A stretch of DNA of 64,000 bases. Source: a virus. Lineage: Duplodnaviria > Caudoviricetes. The DNA is taken from IMG/VR virus record IMGVR_UViG_3300014203_000001, positions 160,001-224,000 of that record; one strand, given 5' to 3'. The stretch's first letter is position 1. Every line of letters begins with the position of its first letter. This document shows, piece after piece, positions 19,529 through 30,346 of this stretch. The notes under the pieces were generated by a model, which saw only the letters and a list, made by a program, of their open reading frames with translations, searched no databases and was not told the DNA's origin. The position numbers were made by a program, and so were the translations under genes.

Positions 19529-19717
19529 ATGCAAATTTACATAAAGGTGTTGTTTTTATTGTTAATGATAGCTTTTACTATTGAAATGATATTGATACGA
19601 TTCATAATCTTTGCCATAAAAGATATATTCCATAAAAATAAAACTGAATGTACATATAAAGTATACACTTATAATAGAGAGTCTAAAGAAGACATCATCA
19701 AAATAAGTGATGAATAA
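19529..19717 (+). CDS. Small membrane protein
   Basis: RBS aggag before ATG 19529; long hydrophobic N-terminal segment. Confidence 0.55.
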   Translation: MQIYIKVLFLLLMIAFTIEMILIRFIIFAIKDIFHKNKTECTYKVYTYNRESKEDIIKISDE

Positions 19718-19729
19718 GGAGGTGATTAA

Positions 19730-20035
19730 ATGGGGAAATACACAATAAAATTTTCTAGTAACAATCCAGGATACCCAGGAATATATCTAACAAATAACAA
19801 TAAAAGATTAGAGTTCGATACTCTGGAAGAAGCTAAGAGAAATGCTGCATTGTATAGTAAAATTATCGATGATCTAGTTTCCGAGTATTACTATGGTAAT
19901 ACTAATGTGCTTAATAATGAAGCACTACATAATATATTAGTAGCTGCAGTGGTAAGCACTAATATAAAAGATGGGGTTATTAAGAAACACTACCACTTAA
20001 ATGCGTGTATATCAGATAAGAGAGTATGTGAATAG
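19730..20035 (+). CDS. Hypothetical protein
   Basis: RBS aaggaggtg. Confidence 0.7.
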   Translation: MGKYTIKFSSNNPGYPGIYLTNNNKRLEFDTLEEAKRNAALYSKIIDDLVSEYYYGNTNVLNNEALHNILVAAVVSTNIKDGVIKKHYHLNACISDKRVCE

Positions 20036-20071
20036 CATACTCTCTATATTCTGTCTAAGGGGGAATTATAC

Positions 20072-20704
20072 ATGTACAAATTTAACAATACTAGTGTTGT
20101 CACGGCTGACGAAACGGTGCTATTATCGGTAGAGAAAGGAGAAAACAAACATAAGACATATGTGTTAAACAAAGACTTCGATGCCACAGATATTTATTTT
20201 GATGAGGAATATATTGATTTGTTGACTAAGCTGGTCAATGCTAGAAGAATGGATCTTCTAGAAAATATACTTCCTTTAAATGATAAATATCAATTTATGA
20301 AAGCTATAATAATATCAGGGAACGTTCCAGCTTTCATAAAATATAAGCATACTGAGTTTGAATGTATTGGTATGCGTAAGAAGTTAGACAATGCTATACT
20401 ATTTAGAATGGCATTTGAAAACGGATCTATTCCTATATTAAACTATTTATTTCATCCATCTCACAATGAGATAACAACTAAGCAGCTAGGTAATATCATA
20501 TTCAATATAGACTCTGAATGCAGTATCAAAAAATCTCTTCAGAGTTTAACTTGGCTAATGGATAATGGGCATATTCCTATAGATTTTAGATATAAAGATC
20601 AATCTGTATTGGAGTATTTACTCAAGTTACAATCCTATGATTACATAACAGACAAAGATTCTATAGATAGTATGACAAAATATATAAATAATAAAAGCAA
20701 CTAA
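20072..20704 (+). CDS. Ankyrin-repeat-like protein
   Basis: FMKAIIISGN, LFRMAFENGSIPILNYLF, WLMDNGH..KDQSVLEYL. Confidence 0.45.
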   Translation: MYKFNNTSVVTADETVLLSVEKGENKHKTYVLNKDFDATDIYFDEEYIDLLTKLVNARRMDLLENILPLNDKYQFMKAIIISGNVPAFIKYKHTEFECIGMRKKLDNAILFRMAFENGSIPILNYLFHPSHNEITTKQLGNIIFNIDSECSIKKSLQSLTWLMDNGHIPIDFRYKDQSVLEYLLKLQSYDYITDKDSIDSMTKYINNKSN

Positions 20705-20706
20705 AT

Positions 20707-20742
20707 AGGAGAGTATGCTAAATGCATACTCTCTTTATTTTT
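20707..20742. terminator. Bidirectional terminator
   Basis: ggagagtatgc-taaat-gcatactctct plus T tail, between convergent genes. Confidence 0.7.
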
Positions 20743-23561
20743 TATATATCATTAAGATTTTCAGTAGTTGTATTCCATGTAGATTTGGTAGGATACATAC
20801 TTTTCAGTTCAGATATTAATGGAGAACACCCAATAACGGTTAGATCATATCTTCTTTGAATATCTTTCTTAACTTTAAGAAGGTTATTTGAAATATCCAA
20901 TAATTCAGATTTAGCAACCTTCTTACCATTAACAAATACCATACATAGTTCTTTATTAAAGTTCCTATCTATGTTATCTAAACAGATATATCCAGATTTA
21001 GAAAGATATGCACATGCTCCGTTATCAATACCACCAATGTAAAAGAATGTAAAGGTTAGAGTTCTGGTTATAGAAGTAGATAAAGGAGATGATAAAGTAA
21101 CTTTTAAATTCTTATCGTCTATACTATATCTCTCTCTATCTAGATACATAGTTCCGCGTGTTAGGGTCATACGATTAGATAGATTTACAATACGATTAAA
21201 TGGAGTAGGAATATCTACAACCGTTTGATTAGCAGGAACTTCTACATGTATTTGTTTCTTTTCTATTAAAGAGAATCCACTATTATGAACAAACGTAAAC
21301 TTCATTATTCGTCCAGCTTTTAATACCTCTCCAGAGTTTATGATAATATTATCTCCCGATACTACGTATCTATCGTCCCCAAAGAATGTACTACCCATGG
21401 TTATAAAGAATTTCATGTCTTTATAATTTGGGAATGGATATGGTATAGCGAACGTTCCTTGACCTGTATATGTTATAGGAACCTCTACTTCTTGGAATTT
21501 TATTTTTTCTCTATTTAAAAGAGATACGTTTGTATTGACAACACCATTATCATCCCATATAGATTTGAAACACGGAAAAAGAAATAGTAGTTCTAATCCA
21601 GCTTCGATGTGCATTCCATCAGTAAATATTATATCTTCTCCATCTAGTATATATCTTGCTTTGTCGATATAAGTACTGCCTTTAATACAGAAGAAGCTAT
21701 CTATATTTCTAGGATAGTTGGCAAATGGATAAGGAACTCTAAATCTAGTTTGTCCAGTAGTATTAGCATTCACTTTTATACAATGAGTTAGAAGATCTTG
21801 ACTAACTCGAACTTTGTTTGTAATAGTAGGACCTACATAGAATACATCCACTCTATCTCCCGCTTTGAAGGTTCTCATTGTATATATAGCCCTTTTGGTT
21901 ATACTACTATTATTTAGAGAAGGAACTAAAACTCTATAAAATGCACTATTTATTAGCTTGCCGTTTACAAATACCATATATTTACTACCATTAAATCCAG
22001 TTCTGAATTTAGTAGAAAGTTCTAGCATGTTTGTATTAGTAGGTATACTATAGTTCTCATATAACATCTGTCGTCTAGATCCTAAATATAGCTGAGCCTC
22101 TAGGTATCTAGGATTGGAAAGAACTATATTACTATTAGCATCTATACTATAGTTTATAGGGAATAGATTTTGTTCTCCTCTGCATGCGCTGTATACAATA
22201 AGATCTTCTCTAGGAATACCACAATCTTTTATATTAAGATAATCACTATCAGCCTTATGTGATAGATCTAATTTAATAAGAGTATTGTTAATATTTCTAA
22301 AGTATACTATCTCAAACGTACCAGTGCTTCCGTTTGGTAATTGTATATTGAACGAATTTTGATCATATACTGTATCTTTGTAGTAACTGGGAACCATTCC
22401 ATTATGAAAGAATATGGGGAACGATTCGCTGTCATCTCCACTATACACATCTTTCAGCATTGTTAATGTATTATTAACCAAATACCTTTTATCTAGAGCT
22501 GATATGTCATACTCTATGATATTTACCTGTTTATTATCCTCGAATATCTTATCTAGCTTATTCTCATCTTCTCTAAATACATAGTTCAAACTATTAGAAA
22601 TATTAGAAGGGTAATCTAGAGATTTAATATGTGTAAAATCAAACTTATCTAAGATTAGATTTCGTACATCGCCAGAAGATCCATTTATTATTTCTTTCTC
22701 AAATCTTTCATTTAACCCTCTTGTATTATTGCTTTCGTTTAGATTAGACAAACTACTATATATACAGCATAAATAATATTTTGTATTAGGTTGAGATGTA
22801 GTTAAGAGATTATTATTTTTTATATCGATAACAAGATCCTTATCTAGCTCCCCAATAGAATTGAATGCAATAATATTGTCTCTATTTAGTAATACTTTAT
22901 ATGATATATTCATATCAAAGTTTACATAACTATTTTCAGAGAAAGAATATGTTTGTGTATTATCATCTTCTGGATATACAAATATGGAAGAACCATAACC
23001 ATATGTACCATCTTTACGAAACCTAAACATGGTCCGCTTATCAGCTAACTCATCTTCATCTTCACCATAAATGATCTGAAATGGTATGGATAATATCTGT
23101 ACATCGGTTACAGGAATATCTTTATCCATATCAGAAATAAGAAGTGATATATTAAAATCACTTCTTACTATAGTTATTCTAGACCAAGCAATATGAACTT
23201 TATTAACAAACAAAAGGAATGGTTGCAATATTCCATTATCATATCCATCTTTCATCTTTGTATAAAAGAATCTTCCTCCATCTTCGTTTAAGAATATATT
23301 ATTCACTATGCCATTTACATGAATACAAGTCTCAAAGTAATCTCTAGATACCACATATGCATTATCTTTAAAATAGGTATCTGTTTTATTCCATGTTAAA
23401 TCTAAAAATTGTGGTATCAATCCCTTCTGTAGATTAGACACTGCTGTTCTTGTATTACATCGTTTCCACTCAATAAGCTTATTGATATTCTCCTGCTGTG
23501 AATACTCCTTCTCTGGTTTTTCTACATAGACATCTGTATCATCTATAGAAAAGTCTACCAT
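20742..23561 (-). CDS. Large virion structural protein
   Basis: 939 aa with repeated beta-domains (GQTRFRVPYPF, GQGTFAIPYPF, NQTVVDIPTPF; MVFVNGK twice). Confidence 0.6.
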   Translation of the reverse strand: MVDFSIDDTDVYVEKPEKEYSQQENINKLIEWKRCNTRTAVSNLQKGLIPQFLDLTWNKTDTYFKDNAYVVSRDYFETCIHVNGIVNNIFLNEDGGRFFYTKMKDGYDNGILQPFLLFVNKVHIAWSRITIVRSDFNISLLISDMDKDIPVTDVQILSIPFQIIYGEDEDELADKRTMFRFRKDGTYGYGSSIFVYPEDDNTQTYSFSENSYVNFDMNISYKVLLNRDNIIAFNSIGELDKDLVIDIKNNNLLTTSQPNTKYYLCCIYSSLSNLNESNNTRGLNERFEKEIINGSSGDVRNLILDKFDFTHIKSLDYPSNISNSLNYVFREDENKLDKIFEDNKQVNIIEYDISALDKRYLVNNTLTMLKDVYSGDDSESFPIFFHNGMVPSYYKDTVYDQNSFNIQLPNGSTGTFEIVYFRNINNTLIKLDLSHKADSDYLNIKDCGIPREDLIVYSACRGEQNLFPINYSIDANSNIVLSNPRYLEAQLYLGSRRQMLYENYSIPTNTNMLELSTKFRTGFNGSKYMVFVNGKLINSAFYRVLVPSLNNSSITKRAIYTMRTFKAGDRVDVFYVGPTITNKVRVSQDLLTHCIKVNANTTGQTRFRVPYPFANYPRNIDSFFCIKGSTYIDKARYILDGEDIIFTDGMHIEAGLELLFLFPCFKSIWDDNGVVNTNVSLLNREKIKFQEVEVPITYTGQGTFAIPYPFPNYKDMKFFITMGSTFFGDDRYVVSGDNIIINSGEVLKAGRIMKFTFVHNSGFSLIEKKQIHVEVPANQTVVDIPTPFNRIVNLSNRMTLTRGTMYLDRERYSIDDKNLKVTLSSPLSTSITRTLTFTFFYIGGIDNGACAYLSKSGYICLDNIDRNFNKELCMVFVNGKKVAKSELLDISNNLLKVKKDIQRRYDLTVIGCSPLISELKSMYPTKSTWNTTTENLNDI

Positions 23562-23572
23562 TCGAGATCACC

Positions 23573-24517
23573 TCATATTCCAAGATCATAAATTACTGAT
23601 TTGGCATAGTCTATCATATATCTGCCACATACTTTATCTATCGTCTTTTGGTTATTTATATAAGCTCCTGTATAAGCATCAGTTAACATAGCAGAGAATG
23701 CTGGATAAAATTCCAACCCAAATGCTGTTCCTTCACCATATAGATACATCCATTTTTCTACAATTACATCTGCCGTAATACCTTCTATTTTGAATATCTC
23801 TCTAAGTAAAGCGCAAAACTCTTTAATATCTAAGAATGGGTTTTTATCATTCCTGGTAATAATAAAGTCATATGTATTTTCTTTCGTTTCCGTAATACCA
23901 GCAATCTTTCTAGAAAGATCTCTAATAGTAGTTTCGCTTTCTAGCATAAGAATATTAGTTAGATAATATCTAGCAGCCAAATATAAACATTTGTCTCTAG
24001 CCCCCTCTACAATACTAATCTTGCCAATATAATCTACTATATGAGTAAGCATAGAAGAAAAACAATTAGCCCCTAGCTCACGCAGTTTAGAGTTATTAAT
24101 TACCATTGTTGGTTTCAATGCATATATCATAGCTACTTCTGCATTGACTAAGTAAGATACAAGAACTCCTTCGTTTACTCTATAACCATTAGTATCTTGA
24201 GTAATGGCATTAGAACAATCAATAAATACTTTAACTGTATCTCTATCTTCTTTCGCATCTTTAGCACAAAATACTTTAAAAGATTTAGGTAATGGATGCG
24301 GAGGAATAATAAGCTGTGTATTCTTAGATGTAAGAACTTTAAGCAAACTGCTACTAACCCTAGTACGTTTTACTTCATATATCACATCTTCAAATTCTTT
24401 AGCCTCTTTATCTATTCTATCACTAACCATAATAGCCTCTGTTAAAACTGCATTGTATGCTGGGTGTTTCTTATAAAGGAAACAATCTGCGTAGGTTTTA
24501 TTAATTTTATTTATCAT
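23573..24517 (-). CDS. Putative virion protein (314 aa)
   Basis: Better start is ATG 24517 with RBS aggtgg; AACA-TATTAA-TA motif at 24544..24555; co-oriented with the 939 aa gene. Confidence 0.55.
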   Translation of the reverse strand: MINKINKTYADCFLYKKHPAYNAVLTEAIMVSDRIDKEAKEFEDVIYEVKRTRVSSSLLKVLTSKNTQLIIPPHPLPKSFKVFCAKDAKEDRDTVKVFIDCSNAITQDTNGYRVNEGVLVSYLVNAEVAMIYALKPTMVINNSKLRELGANCFSSMLTHIVDYIGKISIVEGARDKCLYLAARYYLTNILMLESETTIRDLSRKIAGITETKENTYDFIITRNDKNPFLDIKEFCALLREIFKIEGITADVIVEKWMYLYGEGTAFGLEFYPAFSAMLTDAYTGAYINNQKTIDKVCGRYMIDYAKSVIYDLGI

Positions 24518-24631
24518 TTGTATTTCCACCTTTCGTCTAAGTTTATTAATATGTTTAGAGTAGGTATATTTAGACAACTTTTACAAAGTTAATTTGTTAA
24601 GGACTAATAAATAAGAAGGGGGAGAAGAAAA

Positions 24632-25327
24632 ATGAATATGGAATCTTTAAAAGATATAGATTTAGGAAAAATAAATAGCATGTATACATATAAAGGTAGA
24701 GTAATACCAAGGGTAACTAGTATCTTAAGTAAAATGATCCATGAAGATTATCTCTTATATTGGGCTAACTCTCTTGGGTTTAAAAGAAAAGGATATAAAC
24801 AAACTTTGGGAGAAGCTGCAGATTACGGCGCCAGAACCCACAAAGGTATAGAAGAATTCTTACAAGAAAAAGAAGTTCCTAACAATACTCCCACAAATCC
24901 AATTGAAGCATTTAAACGTTGGTGGAACATAGTAAATTCTACTAACAAGGTTAAAATATTAGGACAAGAAGTATCTTTAACATGTCCTTGGTTTGGTGGT
25001 ACATATGATCTTCTTATAGAGATAAACGGAGCTATATACTTAGTAGATTTTAAGACTAGTAATAGACTATCATACAAATACTGCTTACAGTTAGCAGCAT
25101 ATAATTATATGGTGAAATTCAATAATCTACCAAATATATCAGGAGTGATTGTACTTAGATTAAAGAAAGACATTCCAGATTTTGAAGAGCTTGTATTGGA
25201 TTTTACTAATCCTAATACTTTAGATTTCTTTAATATGTGCGAAAGAACTTATCTTTCTTTAGTGCATTCATATTACCATATATCAGAAGTAGAACGACGT
25301 TATAAGATAATAGGGGAGGAAGATTGA
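24632..25327 (+). CDS. PD-(D/E)XK exonuclease (Cas4/RecB-like)
   Basis: PRVTSIL, GARTHKGIE, GGTYDLL..LVDFKTS, QLAAY. Confidence 0.85.
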   Translation: MNMESLKDIDLGKINSMYTYKGRVIPRVTSILSKMIHEDYLLYWANSLGFKRKGYKQTLGEAADYGARTHKGIEEFLQEKEVPNNTPTNPIEAFKRWWNIVNSTNKVKILGQEVSLTCPWFGGTYDLLIEINGAIYLVDFKTSNRLSYKYCLQLAAYNYMVKFNNLPNISGVIVLRLKKDIPDFEELVLDFTNPNTLDFFNMCERTYLSLVHSYYHISEVERRYKIIGEED

Positions 25328-25872
25328 TGTTCGTGCTTATCAAATTATTCAATGAAATATTATTAACTGTAGGAAAAAACCAAAGTGCTCTTAGGAGAGT
25401 ATTTATACTCCCATTTGTGTATCTTTGGTATATGATAAAAGTAAAATTATTGATAAAAATGTATATTGATAGACCTAACGATATACTAGACTTCAGATCT
25501 CTAATAATAGAATATGTCAATTTTCTAACCGTTATGAAAAATTTACCTCCAGCCCAAGGAGATATAAATAATATAATTCGGTATGATAATAGTAAGATAA
25601 CTGTTATATATGATGAGTATAACAATGCTAAATCTATAGACTATTATTTTAAAAAAAGTAGTGTATATAGCGATATTTCTATAAAAGTTACAGTGAATGA
25701 AAATAAATTGCTATATATAGAATTAGCAACAGAGCATGGTAGTACGTCTTTTAGTTATAATTCTCTTATAGATGCTAGGCTGATAGGGGTGAAGGATAAC
25801 ATAGAACGAATTGTAAGAACGGATATAGCCGCCAATACAGAGTATATTTTATTACATAAATGGAGGAGATAG
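25324..25872 (+). CDS. Hypothetical protein
   Basis: RBS ggggagg; possibly a distant paralog of 25877. Confidence 0.65.
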   Translation: MMFVLIKLFNEILLTVGKNQSALRRVFILPFVYLWYMIKVKLLIKMYIDRPNDILDFRSLIIEYVNFLTVMKNLPPAQGDINNIIRYDNSKITVIYDEYNNAKSIDYYFKKSSVYSDISIKVTVNENKLLYIELATEHGSTSFSYNSLIDARLIGVKDNIERIVRTDIAANTEYILLHKWRR

Positions 25873-25876
25873 AGAT

Positions 25877-26353
25877 ATGGAATTTGCAAACTTTGAATGG
25901 GCTAAGCGTAATGAATTTATTCAAATGCTCAACAATCCTATACCTAATATAGTAAAGAAGATGTGGTTTAAATATAAACTTAAGAAACGTCTAAAGTTAT
26001 TATCCCCAGGCTTTAATTGTATGGTGGATATAGCAGAGTTTTTGTATTACCTAGATCTTCTATATCTATTTGAGAATGATGCCGATATTAATGGTATCTC
26101 TGGAGTGCTGAAATCTAATCTGAAACAGTGTACAATTATAGTTAAACCTAATAAAGCCCAGACCATAAAGATAACACTAACGGCTCCAAACTATATTACT
26201 ATAGAGACAGCAAACAATGGTAAGCTTAGAAATAAGATATCGTTCGAAGATGGTGAAGCAGAAGTTGATACTATATATAGGCGCAAATTATTCCTAACAA
26301 TCATAGATTGTCTAATGGATTCATTTACGAAAGTTTTACTTAAATACATTTAA
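25877..26353 (+). CDS. Hypothetical protein
   Basis: RBS ggaggag. Confidence 0.65.
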   Translation: MEFANFEWAKRNEFIQMLNNPIPNIVKKMWFKYKLKKRLKLLSPGFNCMVDIAEFLYYLDLLYLFENDADINGISGVLKSNLKQCTIIVKPNKAQTIKITLTAPNYITIETANNGKLRNKISFEDGEAEVDTIYRRKLFLTIIDCLMDSFTKVLLKYI

Positions 26354-26443
26354 ATTATATATGGGATAGAGAAATCTATCCCATATTCTTTTTGAAATAT
26401 GAGCCTACACTATTGTAATCGAACAAGAACGGAGGCAATCAAG

Positions 26444-27607
26444 ATGCTTACAGAGATAGCGACAAGGGTAAATACAGTGAATAAATTATTTGTGGAGGTA
26501 CATATTGCAGATTTACATTTCGGAGTTTTGAACCCATTATTACAATTTAATATACTCAGGGATCAGTTCTTAAACTACCTAGAAAATATGGCTATTATCG
26601 ACATAGTATCCATAAATGGAGATATATTCGAGCATAAGTTTATGGCTAATTCGGATGCTATTATGTATGCGTGTTATTTCATAGAAGCATTGGTTGATAT
26701 ATGTAGAAGAAAAGGCGCTACTCTTGTTATAGTCGATGGTACAACCTCACATGAAGGGGATCAGTTAAAATTATTCTATCCATACGTTGGAGTAGATAAA
26801 GGTGTAGACGTTAGAATAGTAGAAGAAGTACGATTTGAATATATTAAAGGTAAAAAGGTTCTAATCATACCAGAGATGTATGGTAAAGGTAAAGAATACT
26901 ATGAGAAGTTTCTATATCATAGTGGGATATATGATGCGGTTTATATGCATGGTACATTCAAAGGAACTATATATGGAAAAGACCAAGCAGATCTAGATTC
27001 GGATAGAGAACCAGTGTTCTCTATAGAACATTTCATCAATTGTGCAGGTCCTATTATGTCAGGGCACAGGCATACTCCAGGATGTTTTAGTACATATTTC
27101 TATTACTGTGGAACTCCAATTAGAGATAAGTTTGGAGAAGAAGAAGATAAAGGATTCATGATCCTAATACATAATACAGATTCGAGAGAACACTACGTTC
27201 ATTTCGAACCAATAGAGTCGTTTAGATATGATACTATTAACCTGGATGATATCATCGATAACGATCCTAAGGACGTTATATTTTACATAAAGAATCTACA
27301 GGCTAATGGGATACATAATATACGGGTACAACTTACAAAGAACAATGAAGATAATATAAATATACTTAAGTCTCACTTTAGAGGGAATTCTTCTATAAAA
27401 ATAGATGCTAACTTTAAGAATGAACAAGTAATAGAGAATATGAAAAGTCTAGATGCCAAATATAAAGAGAACCAATATGTCTATAACAAAGACCTATCAG
27501 AATATGATAAGCTAAGCAGATATATAAACCAAAACAAAGGCTATGTGTACATTACAGCTCAAGGATTAGAAGAATTTATTGCAAAAATTACAGACTCTAC
27601 ATTTTAA
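26444..27607 (+). CDS. sbcD: SbcD/Mre11-like metallophosphoesterase nuclease
   Basis: ADLHFG, NGDIFE, GTTSHE, MHG, SGHRH, YCGTP; start 26444 has RBS ggagg and a TACA-CTATTG-TA motif at 26406. Confidence 0.8.
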   Translation: MLTEIATRVNTVNKLFVEVHIADLHFGVLNPLLQFNILRDQFLNYLENMAIIDIVSINGDIFEHKFMANSDAIMYACYFIEALVDICRRKGATLVIVDGTTSHEGDQLKLFYPYVGVDKGVDVRIVEEVRFEYIKGKKVLIIPEMYGKGKEYYEKFLYHSGIYDAVYMHGTFKGTIYGKDQADLDSDREPVFSIEHFINCAGPIMSGHRHTPGCFSTYFYYCGTPIRDKFGEEEDKGFMILIHNTDSREHYVHFEPIESFRYDTINLDDIIDNDPKDVIFYIKNLQANGIHNIRVQLTKNNEDNINILKSHFRGNSSIKIDANFKNEQVIENMKSLDAKYKENQYVYNKDLSEYDKLSRYINQNKGYVYITAQGLEEFIAKITDSTF

Positions 27608-27639
27608 GTAATAGAATAGAGAATAGGGGAGAGAATAGA

Positions 27640-29460
27640 ATGAATCTTAAAGATCGAAAGGCAAAATATGAACCAAAGAAAAAACCACCTGAAGGTATTA
27701 AATTTAACTTTGATTTGACTATGATGAATACATTCTGCTCATATTGTTTATCTGAGAACACTGCAGTACATAGGAATTCTCTTGTAAACCTAAATACTAT
27801 TTTTAGTAAAATAGACGAGGCTATGTTCGAAAGCAACCAAGAGCTTATTATTAGATTCAGATTCTGTAAAGCTGCATTACATACTAAACTAGAGAAGAAA
27901 GTAACTAAAAGAGAATATGTTCTTAGAGATATTTATGGTATGATAGGATCGCAATTCGAATCACTCGATCAAAACAATTTCCAAGAATTAGCAAATACTG
28001 AGATTTCTTGGGTTGAAGAGATGATATCATCTTGTATGGATATAACTTTCATAAATAACAAAGTATCAGATCTGCAATATACTTGCACAGAGTATAACGG
28101 GGCTAGCTATGCTAGTAAAATGGGCATTGTAAATAAATTGAAGACACAGATAAATGAGATACAGACTCAATTTAGAAGAAATGATATTGAGAAAGACGGA
28201 GAGAATGACACATTCAAATTATCCCAAGCAGGACCCGCCGTGTATGCTATATGTAATAAAAAGAATAGACCTTCTTATAAATTAGCCACTGGAATGCAAG
28301 GGTTTAATGATATACTTGCGGGAGGATTTGAGGGGGGTAGGGTATATTGTTTATTTGGTCTTCCTGGAGAGGGAAAAACTATCACTTTACTAAACTTATT
28401 ATTCCAGCTTAAGAAGTATAATAGAAATTATGTCTGTAAAGATAAAACAAAACGCCCATGTATCGTTCTGCTAACGATGGAAAACCAAACAGAAGAAGGT
28501 ATTCAAACTATGTTTAATATTGCCTGCTCATCTGAGGATCTTTCATCATACCCTCCAGAAGTAGCTCTTCAGTTAATGATGGCTAAAGAATTAGCTGTAA
28601 CAATGGATTCCCCTATAGATATCGTCATTAAGTACAAGCCAATCAATTCAGTAAATACCAACTACCTATATAAATTAACAGAAGATCTTGAGGATGAAGG
28701 ATACGAAGTTATCGCAATGCTTCAAGACTACATAAAACGAATCAAACCTATGGATGAAAACAAAGAAGAAAGATTTAGATTAGGTAATGTAATCAATGAC
28801 TTCAAAAACTTTGCTATATATAAAGAGATACCTGTTATCACCGCTTCCCAATTCAACCGAGAAGCTGCTAGAATAGTAGATGAGAGCCGTGGTAGTAATA
28901 AAAACGACCTAGTTAAGAAACTAGGCAGAGCCAATATTGGAGAGTCTTCATTGATTGATGAAAATCTAGATGCCACTATATTTATTACCCCTGAATGGGT
29001 AGGAAATCAAAAATATATGGGCTTCAAAATAAGTAAGCACCGATACAAAATGTTCACGAAAGTAGCCGCATTTTATCAACCATTCGAAGAAGGAAATGAA
29101 GTTAGACTTATGGAGGATGAAGGATTAACACGACCTCTATATAAAGAAAGTCTTGTTAGGGATGCAGACGAAATCAAGAAAACCTTCGGTGATACTATAC
29201 GCTTCTCAACAGTTAGAGAGATTAAGGACATAGAAGAGTTAGAAGCAAATGAAAGTAAGCTAATTACTAGCGGAACTGTATATGGGGAAAATAAACAAGC
29301 CGCATATACTACATATAAAGATCCTGTATATACGATTATAGCAGAAAGGGTGCCAATTCCACCTAAACCTGTATTAACTACTATTGTTGAAAGAGTACCT
29401 ATTCCTCAGCCTAAATTAACTATTATTGCAGAGAGGGTAAAGATACCAGGTGTAGCATAA
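27640..29460 (+). CDS. dnaB: DnaB-like replicative helicase
   Basis: TGMQGFNDILAGGF, Walker A GLPGEGKT, LTMEN, QDYI, PVITASQFNR. Confidence 0.9.
   Translation: MNLKDRKAKYEPKKKPPEGIKFNFDLTMMNTFCSYCLSENTAVHRNSLVNLNTIFSKIDEAMFESNQELIIRFRFCKAALHTKLEKKVTKREYVLRDIYGMIGSQFESLDQNNFQELANTEISWVEEMISSCMDITFINNKVSDLQYTCTEYNGASYASKMGIVNKLKTQINEIQTQFRRNDIEKDGENDTFKLSQAGPAVYAICNKKNRPSYKLATGMQGFNDILAGGFEGGRVYCLFGLPGEGKTITLLNLLFQLKKYNRNYVCKDKTKRPCIVLLTMENQTEEGIQTMFNIACSSEDLSSYPPEVALQLMMAKELAVTMDSPIDIVIKYKPINSVNTNYLYKLTEDLEDEGYEVIAMLQDYIKRIKPMDENKEERFRLGNVINDFKNFAIYKEIPVITASQFNREAARIVDESRGSNKNDLVKKLGRANIGESSLIDENLDATIFITPEWVGNQKYMGFKISKHRYKMFTKVAAFYQPFEEGNEVRLMEDEGLTRPLYKESLVRDADEIKKTFGDTIRFSTVREIKDIEELEANESKLITSGTVYGENKQAAYTTYKDPVYTIIAERVPIPPKPVLTTIVERVPIPQPKLTIIAERVKIPGVA
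29320..29457 (+). repeat. Three imperfect peptide repeats in the helicase C-terminal tail
   Basis: PVYTIIAERVPIP / KPVLTTIVERVPIP / PKLTIIAERVKIP. Confidence 0.9.
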
Positions 29461-29475
29461 CTACACCTGCGTATA

Positions 29476-29904
29476 TTAAGAATGAAGTCCATTGTATGTT
29501 TCTATTGCTGCCCTTTCAGCATCATATATCATTGGTATATACTTTGCCATATCATCTTTATGCAGCATCTTAATACTGCTATTAGTAAACTCTTTCACAT
29601 CACACATATCGTTTATCATCAGAATTACATACCAAAGCTCTGTAGTATCATAGATATCAGATGATAATATCTTTGGTCTATAGAAGTACTTATTCTGTTC
29701 ACTCTCATTCAATACTACAACTTTAGCCACATTCTTAAGTTCAAAAAGATAATCGTTTAGAATATTCTTTACTGGAAATTCTATACCATTTCTCTTCTCT
29801 ATAAATGATAATTTAGGATATGTTATTACAGACGAATCTGCCATTGTGGATAGGAATTCACTAAGAGTATGTGCTTGTCTAGGATCTGTAACTATACCAG
29901 CCAT
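29476..29904 (-). CDS. Baseplate wedge / gp53-LysM-like protein
   Basis: YRPKILSSDIYDTTELWYVILMIND motif. Confidence 0.65.
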   Translation of the reverse strand: MAGIVTDPRQAHTLSEFLSTMADSSVITYPKLSFIEKRNGIEFPVKNILNDYLFELKNVAKVVVLNESEQNKYFYRPKILSSDIYDTTELWYVILMINDMCDVKEFTNSSIKMLHKDDMAKYIPMIYDAERAAIETYNGLHS

Positions 29905-30242
29905 TAGAATTCCCTCCCAACAATAATAGGTTTTGTTATATCGCCACTAGTAAACCCTACTATAAATCTAGTTCCTGGTGGTATGTATTTGGTAGGATAA
30001 TTAGCAGTTACCTCTTTGGGTATCTCTAGTTCTATCTCACTAGATGTTGTAGCTTCAGATACTGGAAGAATAGATGGATCTGCATTTAAAAGATGAGACG
30101 TACTAATCCTTTCAGTTTCTGTTGTAGTAGAGTTCTCTTGCAACCCAAGTATAGACTGTAGCCTAAACGTTTGAGTTCCAGGAGAATATTTGTTACAAGT
30201 CGTAAGTAATATAGCTACTTCGTTAGATAAAAAATCAGGCAT
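29904..30242 (-). CDS. Small baseplate-associated protein (gp5/Vgr OB-fold-like)
   Basis: IPPGTRFIVGFTSGDITKPIIVGR resembles the spike N-terminal OB-fold motif. Confidence 0.5.
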   Translation of the reverse strand: MPDFLSNEVAILLTTCNKYSPGTQTFRLQSILGLQENSTTTETERISTSHLLNADPSILPVSEATTSSEIELEIPKEVTANYPTKYIPPGTRFIVGFTSGDITKPIIVGREF

Positions 30243-30271
30243 ATTTATTTACCCCCTTTAAGCAAATATGA

Positions 30272-30323
30272 TTATATATTATATAAGTGACAAGGAATTA
30301 ATCGTTAGATTAATTTACTGTTA
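30272..30323 (+). promoter_or_regulatory. Early promoter-like motif (copy 6) plus long leader hairpin
   Basis: TTATATATTATA-taag-TGAC; gtgaca..gaattaatc-gtta-gattaattt..tgttat. Confidence 0.7.
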
Positions 30324-30346
30324 TAAAATTCATTTTAAAGGGGATA

